DNA of 64,000 nucleotides from Candidatus Kaiserbacteria bacterium RIFOXYB1_FULL_46_14 (GCA_001783525.1 MFMS01000002.1:121791-185790), one strand, 5' to 3'. Counted from the stretch's first letter, positions 38,801-47,269 are shown. Notes: generated by a model from the sequence alone, not told the origin. Made by a program: numbers and translations.

Positions 38801-40678
38801 TTACTCCAAAATAGCTTTGACTCGACGCACTCCCGCAGACGAGGACTCCTCTTTAACGATCTTGAAAGTGCCGGTGATGTCTTCAAGCTTTTCTACATGG
38901 GGGCCGCCGCAGAGTTCGCGTGAGAATACCTCCCCATTACGGCCAGTCATTGTGTATACCTTCACCTCATCTGGATAGCGATCCCAGAAACTACCTTCGA
39001 TAGTTGGGTCGGACTCTGCAGTAGTTTTTTGAAGCATTTCGATAGTCACATCCCCGCCGGTCTTGATGGCAGAGTTTACAAACTCCTCGACTTTGTCGAG
39101 AGTGTCGCGCTCTACCCTGTCTCCATAAGTGAAGTCGAAGCGCAAACGCTCGCCCGTGATGTTTGAGCCGGCTTGGTGGATATCCTTTCCTAAGTATTTA
39201 CGGAGACCAGCCAACATCAAGTGCGTAGCGGTATGATACTGCACCACTTTCTCGGAATGATCGGCTAGACCACCCTTAAACTTCTGTTCAGCACCGGAGC
39301 GTGAAAGTTCTTGGTGTTCAGTCATCTTGGCAGCAAAAGAATCACGATCGATAGAGAGTCCGCGACCTTTTACAATTTCTTCCGTAAGTTCAAAAGGGAA
39401 ACCGTAAGTTGTAAAAAGGACAAAGGCGTCCTCACCGCTTATACTGTCTTTAGCAGAGAGTTTCTCCAGCTCTTTCAAGCCTTTTTCTAGCGTACGACGA
39501 AACTGTTCCTCCTCCCGTGCGATCGTGTCTATAATGTTGTCCTTTTTGTCGGACAAATTACGGTAGTGAGTCTCATAGGTGTGGATAACGCTTTCGGCTA
39601 AGTTTTTGAGCTCACCGGCCGGTACACCTAATTGGTCGGCATAGCGTACAGCGCGACGCAAGAGACGACGTACGAAGTAGCCTTGTTGATCGTTGGCTGG
39701 AAAGACTCCGTCACCGATCATAAACACCGCCCCTCTAATGTGGTCAGTGATGACACGAAAGGCTACTAGATCGTCATCGTATTTTTTTCCAGAAAGACTT
39801 TCGATTTGCTCAACCACTTTCCAAAGCAAATCAACTTTGAATACGTCAGGGTCGCTGTTCTCGGCGGCGGCGATACGCTCCAGACCACCACCAAAATCTA
39901 CGTTGCTTTGTGGAAGCTTAGCAAACGAACCGTCTTCTTTCTTGATGTATTCAATAAAGACCGAGTTTCCTATCTCTAGAAATTGTCCGGAGTCGGAGTT
40001 TGGGTGTGGTTGTTTGTCTTTGAAATCTGGATGAGTGGCGTGTTCAGGGCCAAAGTCATAAAAAACCTCGCTATCTGGCCCGCCGATCTCGCCTATCGGC
40101 ATTACCTCTGGCTTGCCGGAGCGGCTCCACCAGTTCTTGGCGGCATCGTAATAGAAGATACGTCCGCCCTGCATTCCTACATCGTAACCATCCTCCTCAG
40201 AACCAATATGAACAGCCTTGGCCTCAACACCTCTTTCAGCAAAAAGATCTTGCCAGATAGCGACTGATTCATCATCGCGGGGTATGCCAAGTGCTTCATC
40301 TCCGGCAAAGACGGTTACATAAATACGGCTTGGGTCGAGTTTTGCTTCATCAACAAGAAAGGTAAAGAACCAACGCAGTTGATCTTTCTTAAAGTAGTCT
40401 CCGAGTGACCAGTTGCCGAGCATCTCGAAGAAGGTGGTGTGGCGATTGTCGCCTACTTCCTCGATGTCGTTAGCGCGAAAACACTTCTGCGAGTCGGTAA
40501 GACGAGTGCCTTTTGGATGCTTCTCACCCATCAGGTATGGGATGAGTGGCTGCATGCCGCTTCCGGTAAAAAGTGTGGTCGGATCGTTCTCGGGTACGAG
40601 AGCTGATGAAGGAATGACCGCGTGGCCATTTTGCTCCATAAACTTTAAATATTTTTCACGTATTTCGTTGCCAGACAT
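38801..40678 (-). CDS. alaS: Alanine--tRNA ligase (short form, 625 aa; lacks the C-Ala domain)
   Basis: FTGSGMQPLIPYL...QKCFRANDIEEVGDNRHTTFFEMLGNWSLGDYFK catalytic core; editing-domain HTATHLM motif. Confidence 0.9.
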   Translation of the reverse strand: MSGNEIREKYLKFMEQNGHAVIPSSALVPENDPTTLFTGSGMQPLIPYLMGEKHPKGTRLTDSQKCFRANDIEEVGDNRHTTFFEMLGNWSLGDYFKKDQLRWFFTFLVDEAKLDPSRIYVTVFAGDEALGIPRDDESVAIWQDLFAERGVEAKAVHIGSEEDGYDVGMQGGRIFYYDAAKNWWSRSGKPEVMPIGEIGGPDSEVFYDFGPEHATHPDFKDKQPHPNSDSGQFLEIGNSVFIEYIKKEDGSFAKLPQSNVDFGGGLERIAAAENSDPDVFKVDLLWKVVEQIESLSGKKYDDDLVAFRVITDHIRGAVFMIGDGVFPANDQQGYFVRRLLRRAVRYADQLGVPAGELKNLAESVIHTYETHYRNLSDKKDNIIDTIAREEEQFRRTLEKGLKELEKLSAKDSISGEDAFVLFTTYGFPFELTEEIVKGRGLSIDRDSFAAKMTEHQELSRSGAEQKFKGGLADHSEKVVQYHTATHLMLAGLRKYLGKDIHQAGSNITGERLRFDFTYGDRVERDTLDKVEEFVNSAIKTGGDVTIEMLQKTTAESDPTIEGSFWDRYPDEVKVYTMTGRNGEVFSRELCGGPHVEKLEDITGTFKIVKEESSSAGVRRVKAILE

Positions 40679-40703
40679 AGACGAAAATATAACATAAAAT
40701 AAA

Positions 40704-40764
40704 ACACCTGCGAGAGGTGTTTGGCCGCGACTATTTCTGACAGCTGTCAGAAATAGTCGCGGCC
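40704..40764. repeat. Perfect 42-bp palindrome (40723-40764, centre CAGCTG) plus an adjacent ACACCTG-CGAGA-GGTGT hairpin, immediately upstream of alaS
   Basis: GGCCGCGACTATTTCTGACAG|CTGTCAGAAATAGTCGCGGCC; it forms a 19-bp hairpin. The second hairpin is followed by TTTT on the minus strand. Confidence 0.8.
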
Positions 40765-40773
40765 TTGGTGGTT

Positions 40774-40995
40774 TCAGGCGACTACAGGCATGCCGCCTGT
40801 GCGAAGAGTGTTGTATATGCCGATCAACTGTTTCGGAATCTGATCGGGAGCAATTGTTTCCTTGCTACAGCAAGGGTCAGGACGATCGCCCCTCAGCCAC
40901 TGCCGAAGGACACTTGTTTGACCGGCAATGCGAGTGATGTAGTAGCGAGCATCGCCGACATCTGCAGACTTTTCAAAATCAACAACGTACGTCAT
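40774..40995 (-). CDS. Hypothetical small protein (73 aa)
   Basis: Consensus AGGAGG Shine-Dalgarno 5 nt before the ATG; followed by the double hairpin. No recognisable family; contains a CC dipeptide. Confidence 0.45.
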   Translation of the reverse strand: MTYVVDFEKSADVGDARYYITRIAGQTSVLRQWLRGDRPDPCCSKETIAPDQIPKQLIGIYNTLRTGGMPVVA

Positions 40996-41080
40996 CAGTT
41001 CCTCCTATATCTCACCGCTTGAAGCGATGACTGACTCAAGCAAACCACAAAAAACGGTTTAGCGCAACGTGTGGCGTCTG

Positions 41081-42922
41081 CTACTTAAACTTCTTCAACA
41101 TTTGTTTGAAGGTGGCTATGTCTTTGGCTTGATTATCCAGAGCCTTGAGGAAAGTGTCTTCGCGCTTGGTATCGATGCCGATCGATTTGAATATATCTCC
41201 CACGCTAGCAGAACCACCAGCCGATAGGAATTGATCAATTTGTTCTACATAACTATGATCCGCTTTGTAGTGATTGGCCATTATGGTGCTCATCAAGATG
41301 CCGTAAGCATAGGAGTACACGTAAAAGCCGTAACGGAGATGCGGGATATAGACGTAACTGTAACCATCCTTTGGCTCAACCAGAACGCCTGCGCCAAGAT
41401 AGGCCTTTAGATGCTTTTGCATACACTCTGCCATTTCCTTACTTTCCATGGCTCCTTTTTGTTCGATCGTATTGTGCATCTCAAGCTCACAGTCGAAGAA
41501 TGCCACTTGTCTTTCGATAGTAGCGATGTCACGCGTTATACGATCGTGTAGTAAGGTCAACTTGTCTCGATCCGATACAGTGTTGAAAACGGCATCAAAA
41601 ACCAAGTTTTCGAACAATGTACTGGCGGTCTCGGCAGTAATGATGGAGTGACCTTCATAGAACGAGGTCTGCTTCTTAGAGCGCTCAGCATGAATCGCAT
41701 GACCCATTTCGTGGGCCAGTGTCTCTAGGGATTTGAAATTTGATACATGATTCAGAAAGACATGTGTCGGATGTCCAACATCGCTGGACATAAATGCCCC
41801 ACCTCTCTTGCCTCCCTGTGAAAAGACATCGATCTGTCCGCGCTTCAGCATCGTATCAAAGACGACACCGTACTCTTCCTTTACGCTGTAAAAAACGTCA
41901 CGGCAAATATCCACCGCTTCTTTAAACGAAATGTTTAGCTCACGTCCGATCGTTTCGTACTTTTGAACATAATGAAGCGCCGGTACTTTGTGATAGCTAG
42001 CCTTAAGCTTGTAGAATTCACGAGAAAGCTTGTAGCCACGCGTCCTGACGGCATGAGTCAGATTCTCGATGCTCTTTTCATCATCTTCATAAGCGAGCGC
42101 AGTGGCACTATACGGTTTCTTATAACCACGAAGCTCATCCTCGCCGCGAGCATCAAGAATAATCGCATTCATTTCGTGTTCCGCCATTTCTCCAACCTTT
42201 TCCATCTCGGTCATCAACTTGTCCCACAGCGCAATCTTGTCTTTGGTTTTCAAAAGCTCCAGTGTCTCAAGGGCGACTGGCAAATGAAGAGGTTTCCCTT
42301 TCCATACAATTTGCCGATTACTGATGATCTTTTCTACCGCGTCTGCCCACATTCCACTTGATTGGCGCGACTTGAGACGAATGATTTTTTCCTCCGCTTC
42401 AGAAAGGTGGTACTTGGCACCAAGCCAGAGTTGTTCAAGAAAATAATGAAAATGTGTCAGAGTTTCGTCGGCAAGATAGCGTTTTTGTAAGTCTGGTGGA
42501 GCCTTGCCTAGTTTCAAACTAAAAAAGAGAATCTGATCAGAAGCCTTGCGAAGACGTTTTGAAAGAAGAGAAAGTTGGCGGTTCGCATCGGCGTCGTTCA
42601 CGTTTAGACTTTGACGCAAAGAAAAGTATCGTCCCGGGCGGCCGACCTCTGGTAGCCCTGCTAACTCCTCATACTCAGTAAGAGCCTGCTTCAGCGCGGT
42701 AGCAGAGGCCAGAAAATCACGCGCTGACCACTTTTTGGAAAAGTTTGTATAAGCAAGTTCCGCCGCTTTAATATCAACCTCGATTTGTGGATCTTTGCCA
42801 CTTTTATAATAAAGGCCTTTAAGATCCCAGGTTTCTTTAATAACCGGAGTTTTCGGTAGTGTGCTTTTGGAGTGCCACTTAAAATTATCCTTACTTTTTG
42901 TTTTCTTGGCTTCGCTTAACAT
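41081..42922 (-). CDS. pepF: Oligoendopeptidase F (M3B family zinc metallopeptidase)
   Basis: HEMGHAIH (HExxH) plus the downstream Glu ligand; length and architecture of M3B peptidases. Confidence 0.85.
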   Translation of the reverse strand: MLSEAKKTKSKDNFKWHSKSTLPKTPVIKETWDLKGLYYKSGKDPQIEVDIKAAELAYTNFSKKWSARDFLASATALKQALTEYEELAGLPEVGRPGRYFSLRQSLNVNDADANRQLSLLSKRLRKASDQILFFSLKLGKAPPDLQKRYLADETLTHFHYFLEQLWLGAKYHLSEAEEKIIRLKSRQSSGMWADAVEKIISNRQIVWKGKPLHLPVALETLELLKTKDKIALWDKLMTEMEKVGEMAEHEMNAIILDARGEDELRGYKKPYSATALAYEDDEKSIENLTHAVRTRGYKLSREFYKLKASYHKVPALHYVQKYETIGRELNISFKEAVDICRDVFYSVKEEYGVVFDTMLKRGQIDVFSQGGKRGGAFMSSDVGHPTHVFLNHVSNFKSLETLAHEMGHAIHAERSKKQTSFYEGHSIITAETASTLFENLVFDAVFNTVSDRDKLTLLHDRITRDIATIERQVAFFDCELEMHNTIEQKGAMESKEMAECMQKHLKAYLGAGVLVEPKDGYSYVYIPHLRYGFYVYSYAYGILMSTIMANHYKADHSYVEQIDQFLSAGGSASVGDIFKSIGIDTKREDTFLKALDNQAKDIATFKQMLKKFK

Positions 42923-43487
42923 TACCTAAAAAGTTTTTATACTCCGTATAAACGTGATTGAACTCGCCGATTATAGCATTATCGAGTTGGCGGTTCAGCA
43001 AGTTGGAAAGGTCCTGATAACCTAGTGCTCGTTCTTCCAAAGAGCCGGGAAAATCTACCAAGAATCGGCTGTGGTCATCGTAATATTGTTCAACGATACA
43101 GCGCATATTGTGGATCTTGTCAGCCGCGGCGATCGTGAGCGCTTCTGTCGGCGCTTTTTTCAGTCCTGCTAGATACGCATCTTTCCGCTCTTTCCAAGTA
43201 AGGGCTTTGCCATCTTTCTCTTTTGGTTCGGTCAGCGCTACCACCAGATTGCGAACTTGCTCGCCAAAGTCTTCCTCAAGCTCGGCGGCAGTGTAAGAAG
43301 TATCCTCCAGTACATCGTGCAAAAAGGCAGCTATTACTATGTTTTCATCCTTCGTGTAGTCACGCACCATCCACGCCACAGCAAAAAGATGTGTTATGTA
43401 AGGAAGAGGTGGTACGCCACGCCTCACTTGATCTTTATGGAGCACTGTTGCGGCGCGTATCGCTTGCTCGATTCGGTAGGAGTACAC
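42891..43487 (-). CDS. Stand-alone RelA/SpoT-type HD-domain (p)ppGpp hydrolase (small alarmone hydrolase, Mesh1-like)
   Basis: VLHKDQVRRGVPPLPYITHLFAVAWMV ... IAAFLHDVLEDT ... IAAADKIHNMRCI matches the SpoT hydrolase HD motifs. No synthetase or TGS/ACT domains. Confidence 0.7.
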   Translation of the reverse strand: MYSYRIEQAIRAATVLHKDQVRRGVPPLPYITHLFAVAWMVRDYTKDENIVIAAFLHDVLEDTSYTAAELEEDFGEQVRNLVVALTEPKEKDGKALTWKERKDAYLAGLKKAPTEALTIAAADKIHNMRCIVEQYYDDHSRFLVDFPGSLEERALGYQDLSNLLNRQLDNAIIGEFNHVYTEYKNFLGNVKRSQENKK

Positions 43488-43507
43488 GTTGGTGAAAATT
43501 TAAAGTT

Positions 43508-43530
43508 GTGGGCGGCCTTCGGCCGCCCAC
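43508..43530 (-). terminator. Intrinsic terminator
   Basis: GTGGGCGGCC-TTCG-GGCCGCCCAC. Confidence 0.7.
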
Positions 43531-43537
43531 GCTAGAG

Positions 43538-43795
43538 TCAATTAGAACCCTTTCTTTCCCTTTGCTCCTCTTCTGTCATTTTTCTTCCCAATTCCAACTC
43601 TTCCCCAGCAAGATCATGTACCTCACCCTGCAGTTTGTGTAATTCGTCTTGGGTTTTCCCTTTTTCAGCCATCAAGTCATCAATTTTATCTTCAACACCA
43701 CGGACCTCTTTTTCGACCTCTTTTATTTCTCCCTCTAATCTAGTTTTGTTACGTTCAATTTGCTCGATCTTTCTTTTCAGATCTTCCTTTGACAT
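43538..43795 (-). CDS. Small coiled-coil protein (85 aa), co-transcribed with the Cas4-like nuclease
   Basis: Heptad-rich, Glu/Lys-rich sequence; 18-nt gap to the upstream gene. Confidence 0.5.
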   Translation of the reverse strand: MSKEDLKRKIEQIERNKTRLEGEIKEVEKEVRGVEDKIDDLMAEKGKTQDELHKLQGEVHDLAGEELELGRKMTEEEQRERKGSN

Positions 43796-43813
43796 ATACT
43801 TGCATTAATTTGT

Positions 43814-44608
43814 TTATTTGATTTTACCCTTCTTCGCCTCTAGGTGTAAAGCCAGCAGTTTTTTGCCAGTAGCCTCACGGTAAGGGCAGTATTCGCAAGA
43901 CTCCCCAGTAGGCGGGATGGCTCGACTATCTAAGAGTTCCTTGATTTTGGCCAAAGTTGGCTCTATCCAATCAACTTTTGTTGGACAATCTACCAAAGTG
44001 GTCTCAAATGTAAGCTTGTCATCAAAGGCATTCTCTTCCTTCGAAGCATTGGCATAGACCAAGTAGCCCATTTCTTCTACTTCGAAACCGTTTTGTTCCA
44101 AGAGCCAACGATATACACCGAGCTGTCTTTGATATTGCTTTTCCCAAGGGCTATCACCGAGTTTTTCAATTCGACCGGTTTTTGAGGTGGCTTTGTAATC
44201 GACTATTATCAATTTCCCCTCCTTTGTCATCCATAGGTCGTCCACTCCTCCAGATACCACTAAGCTAGTTGGTTCATGACGATGTTCGATGCCGACGAAG
44301 GGATCGCGCCACTCGTCCATCTTGGCATGTTTAAAAGGCACAGCATCGACTTTGTAGCGGGTCATAATCGGATGTGCTGTACCAGCCTTGCGATGGATGT
44401 CGAATTCTTTTTTGAAAAGCTCATCGACTGCAATGTTGAGATTGAAAGAAGGCATCGAAGGCCGCTTGGTGCCAAGTTTGTTATCAAGATAAAAACAACG
44501 TGGACACTCAATAAACAAATCAATTTTAGAGCGAGACAAGCGCCATTTGGCACCACCGTAATTCCAGTCTGGAGAGCGGTCAGGATTGTATTTTTTATTA
44601 AATTCCAT
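43814..44608 (-). CDS. PD-(D/E)xK nuclease with Cys cluster (Cas4/RecB-nuclease-like, DUF83-type)
   Basis: GGVDDL (motif II), IVDYK (motif III), QRQLGVYRWLL (QxxxY); Cys at the N-terminus (CPRC) and C-terminus (DCPTK...CEYCPY), consistent with a 4Fe-4S cluster as in Cas4/AddB. Confidence 0.6.
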   Translation of the reverse strand: MEFNKKYNPDRSPDWNYGGAKWRLSRSKIDLFIECPRCFYLDNKLGTKRPSMPSFNLNIAVDELFKKEFDIHRKAGTAHPIMTRYKVDAVPFKHAKMDEWRDPFVGIEHRHEPTSLVVSGGVDDLWMTKEGKLIIVDYKATSKTGRIEKLGDSPWEKQYQRQLGVYRWLLEQNGFEVEEMGYLVYANASKEENAFDDKLTFETTLVDCPTKVDWIEPTLAKIKELLDSRAIPPTGESCEYCPYREATGKKLLALHLEAKKGKIK

Positions 44609-44640
44609 TACTGGATTCTAACAGAGTGCTTTGAATTTAA

Positions 44641-44670
44641 AAAAGGCCGGAGCGAAGCTCCGGCCTTTTT
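44641..44670. terminator. Intrinsic terminator
   Basis: AAAAAGGCCGGAGC-GAAG-CTCCGGCCTTTTTT. Confidence 0.8.
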
Positions 44671-44686
44671 TCCTACAATCAGAACG

Positions 44687-45190
44687 CTACCTAGCTACAA
44701 AACTAGATACTTCGGCATCGACCTGAGCGTCGGTTGCTAGGTCAAAAACCTTATCGCCATTGTCAGAATAAAAGACTATAGCGTAAGTCTTTCCAGACAC
44801 GGTAGGGCGAAGAAGGGTCACTTCAGTTGGTGTTAAGTTCTCTGCCTTGTTGAAGCGAGCGACTCCCAAGAGACCAGTCAACTGGCCACCTTCGTAATCA
44901 CGGATTCCAACCCAACCAGCGTCAGCTGGAAAGGTGACGTTGCTAAGTGATACTTTCTTGTTTGTGGTTGGAACAACTTCAGTTTTATTTTCTGGCTGCT
45001 TTGTCACATCTTCATTTGGTGTATCGCTATTTTCCTCAGCCGTTTCAGGCACAGTGTTGCCATCGACGCGCTTTTCCTCACGGTCTGCTGGATTGGCAAA
45101 AATAAATACAAGTAGACCACCTATTAAAAGGCCAGCGATAAAAGCCACGATAGTCTTCTTGTTTTCCTCAGTCATTGTTTGTTCAGACAT
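44687..45190 (-). CDS. Hypothetical membrane-anchored extracytoplasmic protein (167 aa)
   Basis: N-terminal TM IVAFIAGLLIGGLLVFIF, acidic/Thr-Pro linker, ~90-aa C-terminal domain; TATAAT box upstream. Confidence 0.45.
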   Translation of the reverse strand: MSEQTMTEENKKTIVAFIAGLLIGGLLVFIFANPADREEKRVDGNTVPETAEENSDTPNEDVTKQPENKTEVVPTTNKKVSLSNVTFPADAGWVGIRDYEGGQLTGLLGVARFNKAENLTPTEVTLLRPTVSGKTYAIVFYSDNGDKVFDLATDAQVDAEVSSFVAR

Positions 45191-45238
45191 AATTTAAATC
45201 GTTCGGTAACTTGTAAATGCGGCCTATTATACCGTCAT

Positions 45239-46066
45239 TTAGTCTGCTTTAGACAGTTGACGTGCCTCAGAAATTAATGCTTCTAGTTTACCTTGTGACA
45301 GTCCAAGCTCACTGAGTGTATCGGTCTTATGAAGCACATCCGACGTGACGATTAGGCCAGCGTTCAGAAACTGCATTTTTTGAGCCGCCGAAAGGCTAGT
45401 TAGTACGGTAATCGGGAATAATCCGGTTTTATCAATGAGGGAGTAGAGATTGTCCTCCTTGGGATAGTCCCAGGCCATAAGATCAACCCCCACGCAATTC
45501 GCATACTTGATCGCCGCCGCCGTAAATTTGGTATTGGTGATGATCTTAAGATTCTTTATTCCGCAGACGTCAGCCGAGCAGATCTTTCGATCTGACAAAT
45601 CTAGCAAACGAGCGTAGGAATACATTGCGACCTGCAAATCAGACTTGATTCCTGGGCGAGCGTGAAATTTCGCTTCAGCAATAAAACTATGATCAGCACG
45701 ATAAGCCGCTAAGTCGATTTCATGCAAAGCACACTTGCCTTTTAGAGTAATGCCAACCGATGTTTTGTAACCTTGTGTTTCAAATAACCGGCCGAGAAAT
45801 GTCTCAAAAGGAAAACCGGTTGGCCCCAAGTTGAAGAGTGCGCGACGAAGTGCATAGCGGGCTACCACTTCGGTCTTGGTGCCGCGCAATATTGAAAAGG
45901 CATGCCGGTAAATTTCTTGCGTTCGCATTCCATCGTGTGCGGATTTTTCAACATCACTCACGATCGCTTCGATCGCGTCGTGGGCGGCACCGCTCTTTTT
46001 TAGTGAGCGGCGCAATTTGTTTGAATCAAACTCCTCCACTGTGCCATCAGCTTTTGTAACCAACAT
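45239..46066 (-). CDS. ATP-cone domain fused to Mrr-like (PD-(D/E)xK) restriction-endonuclease-type domain
   Basis: N-terminal LVTKADGTVEEFDSNKLRRSLKKSG...IY ATP-cone signature; C-terminal HEIDLAAY...FIAEAKFH (D...EAK) as in the Mrr catalytic domain. 7-nt gap to the mnmA stop, with no separate SD. Confidence 0.6.
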   Translation of the reverse strand: MLVTKADGTVEEFDSNKLRRSLKKSGAAHDAIEAIVSDVEKSAHDGMRTQEIYRHAFSILRGTKTEVVARYALRRALFNLGPTGFPFETFLGRLFETQGYKTSVGITLKGKCALHEIDLAAYRADHSFIAEAKFHARPGIKSDLQVAMYSYARLLDLSDRKICSADVCGIKNLKIITNTKFTAAAIKYANCVGVDLMAWDYPKEDNLYSLIDKTGLFPITVLTSLSAAQKMQFLNAGLIVTSDVLHKTDTLSELGLSQGKLEALISEARQLSKAD

Positions 46067-46073
46067 AACACTG

Positions 46074-47138
46074 CTATTTTATCACGGCGCCTCCGATCAG
46101 CTGATCCTTATCGTAAAAGACAACAGACTGGCCACTGTCGGGCTTTTCGATGTCGGACAGAGGAGTTACTCGTAAATCTTCTTTACTGCCGCTTAGAGTG
46201 ACCACAAAGGGCTTCTGCCTATAACGAAACTGGGCTTCGATGTTGGTATTACGAGGTAACGAATCACCAATGAAGTTGCTACTTTCCAGCAAAAGCTTAT
46301 CGCTTACTACCAACAAAGCCGGTTTAGTATCTACTGTGATGGTATTGCGTGCGATGTCCTTGTCGACTACGAAGTGCGGCTTGGTGTCACCCTCTGCGGT
46401 ATTGATCTTGAAGCCGTGGCGCTGGCCAAGTGTATAAACGAGGGCGCCTTGATGCGTACCGATTGGTTTACCTAACTTATCGATAACAATCCCCTCTTTC
46501 AAATCAACAAAATGTCCGATGAACTCCGGTATATCAACGTGTCCAAGGAAACAAACACCCTGACTGTCCTTACGGGTGGCGGTGGGTAATCCGGCCGCCA
46601 TAGCCTCAGCACGTACTTTTTCTTTTATAGTGTCGCCAATTGGAAAAAGTGTATGGGCCAGATCCTCCTCTGTTAACGTCCACAAAAAATACGACTGGTC
46701 TTTGGCAGTATCAACTCCTCTGTAAAGGCGAGGCCGACCGTCCTCATTGATGATTTGAGCATAGTGTCCAGTCGCTATGTAATCAGCACCGTGCTCTTTT
46801 GCGAAATTCCAAAAAGCGCCGAATTTAACATAACGATTACACATCACGTCAGGATTAGGGGTTCGACCCCTTTCATACTCTTTGATGAAATATTCACCAA
46901 CGTCTCGCCGATATTCTAGAGCGGCATCAAAGGTCAAAAACGGGATATCGAGATGTGCTGCGGCACGCATAGCGTCTAGCCGATCCTTTTCAGCATCACA
47001 TTCCAAAAAATCTGGTTGCCAAACTTTTATAAAAACTCCAACCACGTCAAAACCAGCACGCTTCAGTCGAAGCGCGGCCACCGAAGAATCGACACCTCCG
47101 GAGAGTCCGACAAAAACTTTTTGTGCTGATTTATTCAT
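46074..47138 (-). CDS. mnmA: tRNA-specific 2-thiouridylase MnmA
   Basis: PP-loop VGLSGGVDSSV; Cys pairs of MnmA. Confidence 0.9.
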   Translation of the reverse strand: MNKSAQKVFVGLSGGVDSSVAALRLKRAGFDVVGVFIKVWQPDFLECDAEKDRLDAMRAAAHLDIPFLTFDAALEYRRDVGEYFIKEYERGRTPNPDVMCNRYVKFGAFWNFAKEHGADYIATGHYAQIINEDGRPRLYRGVDTAKDQSYFLWTLTEEDLAHTLFPIGDTIKEKVRAEAMAAGLPTATRKDSQGVCFLGHVDIPEFIGHFVDLKEGIVIDKLGKPIGTHQGALVYTLGQRHGFKINTAEGDTKPHFVVDKDIARNTITVDTKPALLVVSDKLLLESSNFIGDSLPRNTNIEAQFRYRQKPFVVTLSGSKEDLRVTPLSDIEKPDSGQSVVFYDKDQLIGGAVIK

Positions 47139-47269
47139 AAATTGTTAAAGATTACAGAATTGGATGAAATACGAAGAATTGGAGGAAAATTTGAGAGAGA
47201 GCCGTATCGCGGACATACGGTGACGAACAAATTTTCTGAAGTTCAAGTATTTCGGCAATTATGTAATCT

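Noticed and set aside
43814-44608. CRISPR-Cas locus suggested by the Cas4-like nuclease
   Set aside because: No repeat-spacer array and no cas1/cas2 or effector genes occur anywhere in the window. It is treated as an orphan Cas4-like nuclease.
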